This document shows, in pieces, positions 1-12,551 of a DNA stretch of 64,000 bases (its first letter is position 1; each line of letters starts with the position of its first letter). Origin of the DNA: Marsupella aquatica (taxonomy: Eukaryota; Plantae; Marchantiophyta); contig OZ316895.1 of NCBI GenBank assembly GCA_973895155.1, forward strand, positions 16,534,170-16,598,169, written 5' to 3'. The translations under genes and the position numbers were made by a program. The notes below the pieces were generated by a model. It saw nothing but the letters and a program-made list of their open reading frames with translations. It was not told the origin of the DNA and did not search any database.

Positions 1-562
1 TACACATAACTGCAAAGGAACATAAACGCCATACCGGGAGCGATGATCTCAAAGGCCAAAAATAGAGTATAGGGGAAAAACAAACAAAAAACTCACTAAC
101 CGAAGAACCAAAAGCAAAATATATAAGAATCAAACTAGCCTGAATGACAAACGAATAATATTTTTTTAAGTACTTTTCCATTAAAGATGTTCTAATTGAC
201 ATAGAACAAATGTGTTTGTCATTTGAAAAGATGTAAATACCCTGCTTGCACCTTCACCTTCAGGTACCCCACAAATCAAGGTCTTGAGGTTTTGCTCTAG
301 ATCTAAAGTCTAGCTTTGATTAAATAGTTAGATTTCCATTGTACTTATTTAATACAGATTATGAAAATACACATTAGTTAATTAGAAAATAGTGCCTGAA
401 ACACCTATTATTCTGCTAGTCTTATTGGCATTTTAAGTGAAGAAACCAAGGCCAAGGTAAGCAAATCGTCTGGCCTTGCAATCACAACCTCAAAAACTGA
501 ATTGATCCTGTGACCCTGCACACAAAACTTTATCCCAAAAATAATGTAGTTTCAAGGGGAAA

Positions 563-607
563 ATTTTAGGGTTGTCTTGTCAACTAGATGCAAGACAACC
601 CTAAAAT
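563..607. repeat. Perfect 17-bp inverted repeat (hairpin/cruciform) with 11-nt loop
   Basis: ATTTTAGGGTTGTCTTG (563-579) is the exact reverse complement of CAAGACAACCCTAAAAT (591-607). Confidence 0.9.
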
Positions 608-1339
608 GTTGAGACAATTACCCTGTGTTGTACAATATGAGGGGTCCAGTTGCTCCGGTCTACTGCCACTATCCACCAGGTTTGGGAGGATAAAATACTG
701 TCTTCATTTTTTTACTTGCTGACTCATCTTAGTAATTGGGAGCAGCCTATCTTTTAGATGCAAATTTTTGCCAGATTCCACTTTTCTAATAAGCCACTTT
801 TGGCAAAAATTAATTTTCTGTATCCCCTTAGCCAGTTTCCCACCTAGTGGTAGACCCCATCTTCCAGAATCTAAGGGTCATCCTTAACTCTAGGGAGATC
901 TAATGGTCAGTAAATCATTTTAAAAACACAATTAACGAAGATTCTTAGCATTTTCTCCTTCACATAGGCTCACAATTGCCACACCCACTTTAAAAAAGTT
1001 TTTTTTTTTTTTTTGATTTGGATCCACAAGATTTGCTTTGGAGACTCTGGCAGCTTAATCCGTCAACATCCAAGCTAGGGTGGGGGAAGTGGCCATCCAG
1101 AATTGGAAAAATCACACTACATGAATATGCGGGCTACAGTAGGCTCAAGGAGCCCCCACATTTTTGAGCCATGTCCCTCCCGAACCTAGACCCTTACTTC
1201 CCTCGGACTCCATGGGGCTACGTATGAGACCCCCTAATAATAAAAGTGTGCTGGGAGTGGCGAGGGGCTGCTGCCTGCTGGCGGCAGGGCTCGTCCAGAC
1301 GCGAAAAGGCCGGACGGCGGGACGGGCACAGACACGACC

Positions 1340-1512
1340 GGGGGAGGGGGGGGCCGGGGGGGGGGGGGGGGGGGGCGTCCGGACGGGAAAAGAGTGGCTG
1401 CTTGGATTGGTTTGGGCCGTGGTGTCGACGGGGAGGCGCGGTGATGAGACTACGGTATGCGACTAGGCGGGCGGCTCGGCTCGGCTTGGCTCGGCTCGGC
1501 TCGGCTCGGCTC
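1340..1512 (+). promoter_or_regulatory. GC-rich putative promoter of the kinase gene: poly-G tract plus (GGCTC)8 microsatellite
   Basis: G-runs at ~1340-1376 and GGCTC repeats at 1473-1512, at the start of the CpG-rich region ~1 kb upstream of the kinase ATG. The promoter role is inferred from position. Confidence 0.5.
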
Positions 1513-2494
1513 ACGCAGCAAGCATGCAATCCAAACACGATGCTGCTTGTTGTCGTGAGGATCGTCGAGTCGCGGAGCTACACGTCGTGGTGGTCCGTGT
1601 CTCACATCATCAGCGTCTTTCTTCCCGACGAGATCAGAGGCGAAGGAAAATGGTAGCCTAGAAGGCGGCCCGAGGGAGAGAGTCGGTTGGTTGCTCTGCT
1701 CTGCCATACCTTTGCGTAGTGTAGTGGAGTGTAGAGTAGAGCTGGCCCTCGTTGTTTTGTGGACCGATCGTTCGTCGGTACTAACTACTACTTTACTCCC
1801 TCTGGTTGGCCGCTGCGTCGGACTGAAGGCAATAATAATAAGTTTCATCGTGATTGTTGCGGAAGGGGCGAAGGAAGAAGATTGGCGGGACCCGTTCGCG
1901 AGCGCCAGTGGTGGATGAATCGGGGTGTTGATTAGTTTATTGTGCGTGGAGAGCGAGAGAGACGGAGGAGAGTGGCAACGCGTGCGGCGTCGATGCCTTG
2001 ACGGGAAGGGATTTCCTACGTGGATGAGATAATTTTGGCAAGGGCACGGAAACGGGAAAGGTGGCCTGTAGAGGAAGAGAGGGAGAGAGGAGTTGTTAAT
2101 TAATTGGAGCGATTTAGGAGGGAAAGAGAACGGAGGATTCGTCATTCAGGAGTCACACTCTACGTGAAGGAAAGAGAAGAGGTGTTACCGGGACAAAGAG
2201 GTAAGCCGAAGGTTTCAGTTCTTCGATCGAGGAAAGGAAGAGCCGAGGCGGAGGAGACATTGTCGTCTGGGGGTGAGATAACGGGGAGTCAGCATTAGAG
2301 TAAGGAAAGACTGGATTACTGTACGGAGAATTGCAAAGTACTAAGGGCGTCTGTGGGAGTACTACGCGAGGGAGTATAGGAGAGTGAGTGACTGAACAGC
2401 AATCATCACGAGCAGCAGATACGAAGAAGGCAGTCTTGAAAGGTTTTCGAGTGTGGCTACGCCTCTGTTTGAGGATTCGGAAGTTAAGTTTTTC

Positions 2495-5400
2495 ATGATT
2501 TCCGATTCGTTTGAATCGAATGGCAGCTGCGAGGGGCCATCGGCTGGGTGTGAAGAAGTGTGGTCTACCGTTGGGGCAAGTATGAAGGATGGGAGGGCGG
2601 AAGAACTGGCAGCGATCCAGCAGAGCTCCTGCAATTCTGCGGACTGTGCCACTTCGACACTACCGTCTCTACGAGCAGCCGCCGCGGCGGCTGACAGTAG
2701 TGACTCTAGCAATAGCAACGGCAGCAGTCGGTTCAAGTCGGCTCTCACCAAGAAACTCCTCACCTCTATTTCAGCTCAGTTTCGGCGTTCTCTGAATAGT
2801 ATGGGTAGCGGGAGGGTCTTTTCTGAGTATGGACACCGGGGTCGCTCAATCAGCCTGCTGAATCGTGACGTTGTCGAGAGTAAGGTGATGCAAGTGATAG
2901 AAAGGGTTCGATCTTGTGGCTACTCGGAGGAGGTTTGTCAGGACCTGCGCAACCATTTTCAACGAATGCCTGCTCGGTAAGCCATGGTTGGGATGAGAAT
3001 TTAGTTTTGGTTCGGGCCCGTCAATTCTCGTTCCATTCGATCCACATACCTGTCCTCCCGTGTATGGTGTCACCCATCAGCGATTTGGAGAGGAAACTAG
3101 CTCATGTGATCGGAGGAGTGATGGGAGGTAACACAGTGGATCGAAGCTTTGTGGAGACTAGTCTTATGAAAGGGCTAGTACCCTTAGCTCAATGGCTTTT
3201 GGACTATTAAATGCACGCGAAACATCTCAAGTTTGCCGTTGCCTCCTGACCCACGCGAAGCCAGTGACAACCTTTAGCATGCCTTAGACACGCGTGGATA
3301 CCCGCCAATTACCGTTGTTTGTTGTCTTTCTTGAACTCTACAGCGTTGGGACAACGTTAAGGGTTAGGTGAATGTGGGTACTGTGGTATACACCTCTGGC
3401 GTTTTGTATGTTCCACTTGATTGTGTATGTTATCGATTTTCGAAAGTCGTTTTCCTCGCTTGCGTGGGAACAATAACCCTGGATTGGACAGCCGCCAATT
3501 ACCGTTGTTTGCTTTCCTTTTCGAACTCTGCTGTATTGGTGCAAGTATGAAGGTTAGGTGAATGTGGTTACTGTGGTATCTGCCTGTGCCCTTCTACGTA
3601 CTGCATCTGATTGTGAATATTGTCCACTTGCGGAACGTTGCGTTCCTCGGTCGTGAGGCAACGATAATTCTCGACTTAGTGAGCAGTCCAGACGAAATGC
3701 CCAATTGTAGGTCCCAAAATTCGAGTTTCCTGCTCGGCTGTTATGAGGGAGACTTCTCATAGAATATTGAGAATTTACCTTAAGTTTGTTCGAAGTGGGG
3801 ATCTTTTATTCCCAATTTATAATTTCTGGACTGTCTCGTGGGATTTGCAGATACACTTTGAACATAGATGCTCAAAGACACGAGGATGTGCTGCTTCACA
3901 TGAATTTGCTGAATGATGCTTTGAAAGGGGAAGCACCTTTGAGAAACAACGGATCTAATGGCAGTTATGCACTCCCTCAAATGCATGTGCGAAAGGTACA
4001 ACTGGTATCAGTTACCTCATTTGTTGATACTGGTGACATTGGAGCTCTTGAAGGGAGAAGAAGTATCCCGATTCCCAGGATTCCTAAGCCAACTTTTGGC
4101 TCTAATCCAAACCTCGCAGGCTTACTGGTGGGTAGTCCTAAAGTTCATCCATCGGCTGGTCCCCACAGGTCTCACTCCACCCCTCCGTCGCTACCAATAA
4201 CTCCGAAGTTAGAAACTTCTCCAGCCGTTTCTGAAACAATTCCGCCTCCCACTTTTGGCTCATTTATTAATCCCCTGGATATGGACGATGATAGTGATCA
4301 GGAAGACTCTTATGGGTATGAGATCACTCTAGCGACATCAGACAGACGCGGACTTCTGAAGTTCTTTACCAATGTGTTGAGCCATGCTCCTCTTCAGTTG
4401 AACATCAGGGTATGTACAGTAGTCACCTTGGCTCCAGTCACGTCTAACTTTCGTATTTGGGGCACCTTTTTTACTGTACCACTCGTAGCAGGCAACTGTA
4501 AGTATTCAGGGAATAAAGGACTATATATTGCGGGCCATAGCCAGATGGTTTATACTTAAGAAGAATCGCATTGACTGACATTCTAAATCCTTTGATTGTT
4601 AGGTTTAGCAAAAAGCAACAGAGTTCAGTTTTCTGGTTTTTGCGCAGAGATTCGAAATAGAGACGAGACATTTACATTGATTTCAAATATGACAATGAGC
4701 AGAAATGCGTCTCTTGATGTCAATTTATCGAAAGAAATTCAATTTTTAGAGCCTTGGTAGGTCTTTTTTAAATCGCCCTAGGCTTATTTTTGCTGCAGGA
4801 AGCGCACATCTTCAGTACAACTGACGGCTTGGCGTTGGAAGTCTTTGTTGTTGAAGGGTGGACTGGGAAGAAGGTTAGATTTCTTATCATTGTCTATTTG
4901 GACTCTGGGTTTCACACGGTTCGAGACCGCATTCTCAGTATTGATTGTTTAACACGTAGACTTTTAGGCTGAGGGTTTTCTCCAGCTTCAGCTAAAACGT
5001 TTTGATGTGCAACTTTTCTGGGTGCTTATCTTTTAGGTAGTTTATTGATGGGCAACTCGACATGGAAAGTTGTCAGGAAACCTCGGTATTTACCGAATTA
5101 TAGAAAACATGATGTTCTTACGTATAGTGGGATGGTATATCACTCTAGCCATAGCGCCAACGTTGGTCCTGTGTACTTTCCACTCCTTAACGGAGGATTT
5201 GAGAGTTGGATTTTTATCATGTTTGAGAGTGCACTACAATGCATTAGCGTTTTCAGACAATTTTGATACTCAATACGTTGGAGCTGCAGGTTTGATTGTG
5301 CTTGCTTTTCCAAACCTGGTTGGTTCCCTGTGAATATATGTGTCTCGTTTGACTCTGCAGCCGGACGATCTTAGGCAAGCAGTTCTAGAAGTTCTGAACA

Positions 5401-8213
5401 ATCGGCTCAATCCGCGATTAACCTTAAGAGCAGGCGTGGAGTTACAGTTAAAAACTGTAGTTGAAGGACTTGCATATGAAGATTGGACAATTACCTACGA
5501 AAATGTAGGCCTCGTTTCACACAACCCCAGCATTGTGATTAGGACTGGTGGTCTGCAGGACCGATCTTTTATCCAATCTCACATTATCTCAACTTTCAAT
5601 GATGGTACTTTTTAAGGGTAGGAGCAATGATGGGAATTTCTTGGAAGAAGTATATTTCCCACACCACGCTAATCATGATAACAATTGGCGTTACTGTTGC
5701 TTTCTCGTGTTCAGCTTCAGATTGGTGAACGGCTTGGAGGAGGTTGCTCTGGTCGATTGTACAAGGGAAAATATCTTAGCCAAGAGGTAGCTATCAAAGT
5801 TATGGAGCTTGATGACATGAATGTGGAGAACGAGTCTGGAACTCTGCGGACAGTTCCAGCTGCGGAACTGCTTCAAATGTTTAAGCAAGAGGTTTCTATA
5901 ATGAGGTAAGCAGAGGCATTTCAGATTCTGAGTGAACTGAGACTTCACTATGTGTCTATGTGTGCCCAGATTCATGTTGTGAAGAAAGCGTCCGTTACTG
6001 GTCGTGTACGGATTCATGTAACGGTGAAACACTGACAGAAACCTTGATGGAATTTTCACTTCAATTGCTAGGTTTGGACTGGCCTTGTAAAAAGAAGTCG
6101 ATCATAAGAGAAATATAGGAATAGCGTTGTTTATGATCTTTTTTTGGCTTGATTTGCAGGCTTGTGCGTCACAAGAATTTAGTTCAGTTCATTGGCGCCT
6201 GTTCAAACTGGCCGAAACTGTGTATAGTCACAGAGCTGATGGCTGGTGGCAGGTATTTTCTCCTCTCCCTCTATTTTTTACGTTTGAGTTTTTACTCTGC
6301 TGTACATTGGCGCTTCCTTCGGGATAGGCTAGTTGATATAGCTCAGCGACTGTCTTCCACGACTTCAATTTTAGAGATATTGATGATTTAACGTACCAGA
6401 TGACGGATTTGGTTTGTCATTTACTGTTCACAGCGTTCGAGATGTCATTCAAAGCAAAGGGACTGGCTTAGAAATGCCAGCAGCTTTGAAGGTTTTGAGA
6501 GATGCTGCCAGAGGAATGGATTTCTTACACCGGTAAGTACGAGTTCATAGTATGGAAGAGAGGAATTAACGTTTGTCACTGTACGTGATGCTCTCTTCCC
6601 CTCGTAAAGATTTGGTTAAGCGGTCAACCTTTCCGTTATACGTCGTCAGTAAAGGAGATTCGAAGATACCACAATGTAGGCTAATGCACACTTGAATTCT
6701 TATCAACAGGAGAGGGATTGTGCACCGGGATCTCAAGGCCGCAAACCTCTTAATTGACGAACATGACGTGAGTCGGTTGCCCCTGTTCTTCTTGTTTAAG
6801 TTTTGGTGTCGAGCTTGATGTGTGCAAATCAATGTGAGTGCTATCTTAAATGGCTCGTCGATATGCTTTGCATGGATGTATTCTCCAGGCTGAGCATGTG
6901 CTTGACGGGGTCCAAGGAGGCTCTTACTGCCGTTCACGTAACTGTCGTATGATCACGCGAAATTTGGACAGCTTCTTTCATCTATTCTGTTGATTGATCC
7001 CCATTATTAGGTCCGAAGTTTTGACAACATTCGAATGTGTCACTGCAGTCACTTGGTACATGAGATTCTGATGTCTAGGTTTGGTGACAGGTCGTGAAAG
7101 TATGTGATTTTGGTGTAGCACGCCTTAAGCCAGCAGTCTTGAGCAACTTCGTGGTTGGAAATTGGGCGGCAGAAATGACTGCAGAGACAGGCACATATCG
7201 ATGGATGGCACCTGAGGTTAGTTTCTGAATATCTGGCTCATGGTCTAGTTAAGTCAAGCCACAGTTGATTGCACATACTTACGGGACTTCCAATAAATTG
7301 CAAGGCATATCGGTCATACACTGCTACCATCTTTTGAAGCTCTCATTATCCATCTTCCTTAGCAGCCTTATGCTGGCCCATTTTGTGTGGGGACGTTTAT
7401 GATGTCTGTGCGAAACTGTTGTAGGTACTGGAACATAAACCGTACGATCACAAGGTTGATGTCTACTCATTCGGGATAATGATCTGGTAAGCCCTTGTCT
7501 TCAATCGATAAATGTTTACTAGTCATTTTTCCTTGCGGGAAGCACAGACATTGAAGGCTCAAATATGATACGATTCTAAGTTAGTGTCCTTTCTCAACTT
7601 GACAGGGAAGTTGTCACTGGAGAAGTACCTTATGCTGGCTTAACACCTTTACAAGCTGCGATTGGTGTAGTTCAGAGGTGAGTTTCAGTCGCTTAAATGT
7701 CCCACGTTTCTTCCGTGCTTTGATGCACTCATTCATCGTCAGCAAAAGGAGATACTTTTAATGTAATCAGTAGTTGTTTATTGTAAATCGGGCTAATTGA
7801 TGTTTCGGGCTCGTATGGTGACCCAGAAACTTGCGGCCAACTATGCCTCCAACAGCTCCTCTGAAGTTGACAGCTCTGGCGGAAGCCTGCTGGCATCAAG
7901 ATCCAGAGCAACGACCTGAATTTAGTGAGGTAAGGCAGCCAGATACTGGGTGAATGTGATTGTCACGAAACGATCTTGTATTCAACATCCTTAGTTGTTG
8001 GGCTCCTGTGTATTTTAAAACCTTGGAACTACGTCTGCTTTGGTGTCGTGGTCCCTTTGCGTATTTTTTACCTGTGAATTGAATCCTTGGGGGAATATTT
8101 TTCTTTGTTTCAGTTGTGCACCATTTCAATGTTTGCAGGCTGTTGATATTCTGGAGGAACTCGTGAAGCCCATAGTTGTCAAGAAAACCCTGTTCGGGAG
8201 AAAGAAATTTTGA
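2495..8213 (+). CDS. ACT-domain Raf-like Ser/Thr/Tyr protein kinase (STY8/STY17/STY46-like), 13 exons, 712 aa
   Basis: Exons 2495-2976, 3851-4409, 4799-4873, 5361-5504, 5715-5905, 6160-6252, 6434-6532, 6710-6767, 7091-7216, 7425-7486, 7606-7677, 7827-7929 and 8139-8213. All introns are GT-AG and the exons join into one frame of 2139 nt. Motifs: [24 protein letters not shown]; ACT domain [14 protein letters not shown]...[25 protein letters not shown]; [53 protein letters not shown]. The start could alternatively be ATG 2582. Confidence 0.93.
3302..3585. repeat. Degenerate tandem duplication (~190-bp period) in kinase intron 1
   Basis: CCGCCAATTACCGTTGTTTG...GGTTAGGTGAATGTGGnTACTGTGGTAT occurs at ~3302 and ~3492. 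Confidence 0.85.
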
Positions 8214-10481
8214 CCATTCACCACTGTATGATACATTCTACCCACAAAGTAGCCGTTATTGCACTTGGAAATCTCAGAAGCCCTGTTTCTTCAGGACCAT
8301 TTTTGTAAAGATTTTTTTTTCCAGAATTGATTTTTTGTCCAAATGTAAGTTCTCATAGGACAGCAGGAAAGTAAGGAAAAGATGTCGAGACTAATCATTA
8401 GGAGAGTTTTATGGCTTAGTTGCGGCGAAGTCTTAAGGCTAGTCTGATCTAAGGCGGGGGGGGGGTGGTGCCTGTTCACCTCTTCCTGTGGAAGTTCCTA
8501 CTTAGCAACCTGTGAAGCCAATGCTGGGTGATGTAGCTATGTGATAGGTTTACATCGAAGTCGAAGTTAATTAGCTGGTGTGTGAAGTACGCATTTTTCC
8601 CAGCGGTCTCGGCTTCACTCATTTATCAGTGAAGATTTTTCGTGTACCGTGTCAGACTTCCCATTTGATTCGTGTGATGTATGTGGGACATTTCTGGTTT
8701 GCTATTTTCTCGCCCCCTTTCTCCTGAAGGTCTTTCCGTCAGATTGTTGGCCTTTTATGTGCTGTATAGGAAGTCGAGCATGAGAAATTCCTTTTCTTCC
8801 AAGCGTGGAAAAGATCACGGGCGTTGTATGATGATAAGTGCGATGCCCTTGTTCTGCCCTCCTTCCCTGCCACCACCGCCGTCCTCTTTATTTCATTCAG
8901 GCTACCCGTCCTGACACTCTGGAGTTCGTCCAGGTCCAGTTCTTTAAGCGTACCAAGAGGTAGAGTCCAGTTACACGAGAGAAGACTGGAAAGTGGTGTG
9001 GGTTACTATTGTCCTAGCTGTTGAGATCCAGAAACACGAAATGCATATCAAAGCATCACAAACCATTGACTCGTGCTATTAGCTGAACAGTAGTCTTAGA
9101 CTCTATTCCTTACGATTAAAATTCACCTTTTCTAGATCTATTCGTAGCATTTCATCATGTTCCTGACTAGATATTGAGCTCTCTAGTTGGTGAAGCTCTG
9201 GTTGGAACAGACTAGCAATCTGCGGTAGCACTGGGTAAGCCTTTCCAAAGATGCCTGACCGTTAACATTGGGGGAACTAAAAAGCCTCTCTGTTACGAAG
9301 TTGGACCCCACCGAACCAACACAGAAGACTGTTCAAACGAGCCTCCCGGAAAACAACCAAAGGTAAAGTATTCCTATTCGTCCATCCAATGTCTATCGTC
9401 AGCCCATTGATGCACTTCCACTATTCTCCAGCGCTTACTACCGCAGGAGCGCCTGACAAAACTATGCTGCAGGAGTGGGGTAGGGATACGCTCTACATTG
9501 ATGCTGGACAAGAAGGAAATCACCCTGCCTTTGCCTGTGCTGCGTTCTACATTTTTTAGACATTTTCCTTCGGTTCCGTGCTTGCCCATTGGTCTGATAA
9601 ACTCGAATTTCAGATATCAGTTAACTACTGTATTTCTTCTCAACCCGCCACTAGCCATATGAAAGAGTATCGCTATCCACATTCATCTCGTCCCTGTGCC
9701 CTTTTGCTCCACAATTTCAGGAAAATGACACTATTAGTGTTGAAACCTGGTGGATCCTGGTTTTGTCGTGGCTAGTGGTGGTTCATGGAGAATGGTGGGG
9801 CACTCCTCTGTTATGTATAGTAAATATGACCCGCAAAGCATGTCACCTGGCGTATCTTGTAAAATCTATCAGTGCAAAGCTTAGCAGGTAAGCTTAATCA
9901 TTGTTCTTGAAGGTGCTCCCAAATGCTGATTCGTTCAATACACAGTAGAAGCCATGTTCTGTTTGGCAAGTGGATGTCGAACACTTTGTTTTACAATGGA
10001 TCTTAGAATTTAGCTGGCCCAAGTTAATGCTGCTAAACAGACAACTGAGTTTAAGATTAATGCGTAACTCTGCATAAAAATTATCCCAATAATTGTACCA
10101 AGTGCAAAATAAGATAAGAGATCCGAGATATAGTAATGTTGCCACTATTGTAGCTACCATGATAATTATAACAAAAATATGCTAGTGTAAACTTAGGAAT
10201 CCTGTTGAGTTATTTCCTCAAGGAGGCAGCCCCTAGGGGGAACCCCCATTGTGTAAGATGGACATGGATGACACTCAGGAATGTCTTACTCACATTATTT
10301 CTGGGAACCATCACAAGAATATGTTTGATCAGGGAACCTACTGGTCACATGTCATTAGCAGGCCAATGAAAGGGATCATCAGAGTGGAATTAGGTGAAAC
10401 AAAACTAGGAGATATGTGAGGCCCCCCCTTAAACATCCTCAGAAACTGCTTTCTGCAGCTGTTATTGGAGTGATTGATTGG

Positions 10482-10800
10482 AAAAGGTCCAAAGAATACA
10501 AGCACCAAAGAGCAGGGCAAATGCAAATTGAGGCCAAAGACGAGGACAAACGGAAACTCCAAATTTTTTGAAAGAATAAAAATAAGAACTTATGATCTAC
10601 CGTAATAGTATTGTTGTAATCTTAGTGATGTATAAAGAGGATAAGCACCAAATAACAGGGCAAATGCAAACTGAAGAAGAGTTAAAGCAAAAAGGTCCAA
10701 AGAAGACAAACACCAAACAGCATGGCAAAATGCAAATTGAGGTCAATGGAGAGGACAAATGGAAACTCCAAAATTATAGAAAGGATTAAAATGAGAAACT
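10482..10800. repeat. Degenerate direct duplication (~208-bp period)
   Basis: AAAAGGTCCAAAGAA...GGCAAA(A)TGCAAATTGAGG...GAGGACAAAnGGAAACTCCAAATT occurs at ~10482 and ~10690. Confidence 0.8.
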
Positions 10801-11357
10801 AAGATTTACCAATGTAAGAGTGTTGTAACTTAGAAATGTACATCTAACACTTGATGTGGATGTAATGTAATGCAATGCAATATTGTTGTTGGAATGACTG
10901 TGATTTCAGCTACGATTGTCTGTGTTGCACAGCAGACAACTGTAACCTAGGGGTGTGGATCTCAATCTGAGGCAAGAGCGAGCAGTCTTTGAGAGATTTG
11001 AGGATTGGCCAGTTCTGTTTCCCCATTTTTTCCATTTCAACTGGGTTCCTCCGACGGGTGATGGACAACAGCTTGCAGGAGACAAGACAAGGCTTTGTTG
11101 TCGAGCAATAATATCAATCTCCATTTTTGTTTCCATTTCAGCTGGGTTCCTTGGGTGTTTGTATTTCCTGGAGTAGAAGTGGTCATTCATGAGAAGATTT
11201 TCTGTGGTCTGAGTAACAAAAATGTTTTTTGTATAATGTATAGCATTGTAATCTGTTGGAGTCTAGGATTTTTCTAAAATAAAGAAATCTTTGCTGTTAC
11301 CTGTCTGCAATTTGTCTATCTGTATAGGGCCCTTTGTCCTGTATCATAGAAATTAGA

Positions 11358-11477
11358 TTTTTTTAGTTTAATTTAATTTATTGAAAGGAGAAATCTGTGA
11401 AACCCCACAGAAAGAGAAGAGTCAATCACAATAATTGAACCCAAGACCTATTAGTCTCTATTCAAGTGAGCTACCAC
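11358..11477 (-). mobile_element. tRNA-derived SINE, copy 1
   Basis: The minus strand reads GTGGTAGCTCACTTGAATAG (A-box-like), GGGTTCAATT (B-box-like), GGGGTTTCACAGATTTCTCCTTT, then an A-rich tail. It is homologous to 59559-59675. Confidence 0.7.
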
Positions 11478-12309
11478 AAAGTCTCTGGGCGTAGGTATTA
11501 GATTTTGAGTGTTTTCTAGAAGACTGTGAATAGTGTCCCTGTGGACAAACAGAAGGAAGTGAGGTTTTGTTGTTGAACAATGACGTTGGTCTCTCTGAAG
11601 AAGTAGAAGATGTTATGGTCAAGCCAATTTTTCCTTTCCCTTTTTTAGAGTAGATATTTTCAAGCAATCTGTTTTGTAAGCATGATATTGCTCAGGTTAT
11701 GGTCTCATAGTGTTTCTATAGGCAATGCAGTGATTGTGTAGACAACATAGTATTTTGAGGTTCCACATAGGCATGAACTATCTGTCTAACGGACTTTTGT
11801 GTGAACTCCAACACGTGCAGTTTGGCAGAAATCTATCTGCGGTGGCAGACTTTGAGTGAAGAAGATTCGGGAGTTTATTTGATTCAGGTCTGTTCAGTGA
11901 TGATTCGTATTCGAGTGAATGCAGATAGTGGTGATTTGCATAGCTAAATTGTGTTTATAAATTTCCAATATCAAGTCTCTCTTTCCTCAATTTCAAAAGC
12001 TCCTCTTATTATATGTGCAGCAATGGCACAATGATATTCACCATAGTAGTAACACCAAGAGTATCATTGGTTTTCTGATTGTTCCTGATCCAATGGTTGT
12101 TGTTACATCTGCAGGGCATCTTTGATTCCAATGCATGTTGTTACACCCGTGGGGGTTGCATTTGGCGGCAGTGCTACTTGGAAGCGCCTTGAGGTCAAAT
12201 TTTGAGATATCCACTTAGAGCAGCTGATGGATGTCCATGTGGAGGCCAAAGACGCACTAGAAGCCCAAATGGAGTAGCCCCTCCTCGGGGGCCCCAATTC
12301 AAGGGGAGT

Positions 12310-12551
12310 CCCATATCACGCAGAAAGTTTTGGGGGATTAAACACCCTAAAACTTTTAAGTTTTTTTAAGTAATTTGTTTACCCCAAACTTACTTGAATA
12401 TTCTTGAAATATCCTTATGTTTGGTTTTAAAAACCCTATGATTCTTATAGTTCTCAAAACTGGATTAAAACAACACTAATGTTTTTCAACAAAAAATTTA
12501 AAAGTTTTGCACTAAACCCCCCAAAAACCTTTATGTTTTGTGGGTGATGGG
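12310..12551. mobile_element. MITE-like element with long imperfect terminal inverted repeats
   Basis: The left end CCCATATCAC...AAAGTTTTGGGGGATTAAACACCCTAAAACTTTTAA pairs with the right end TTAAAAGTTTTGCACTAAACCCCCCAAAAACCTTT...GTGATGGG. The interior is AT-rich and non-coding. Confidence 0.55.

Noticed and set aside
1164-2298. Several long GC-rich ORFs (e.g. 1450-2145 minus, 231 aa)
   Set aside because: Low-complexity products of promoter/UTR sequence with no domain motifs, mostly with non-ATG starts.
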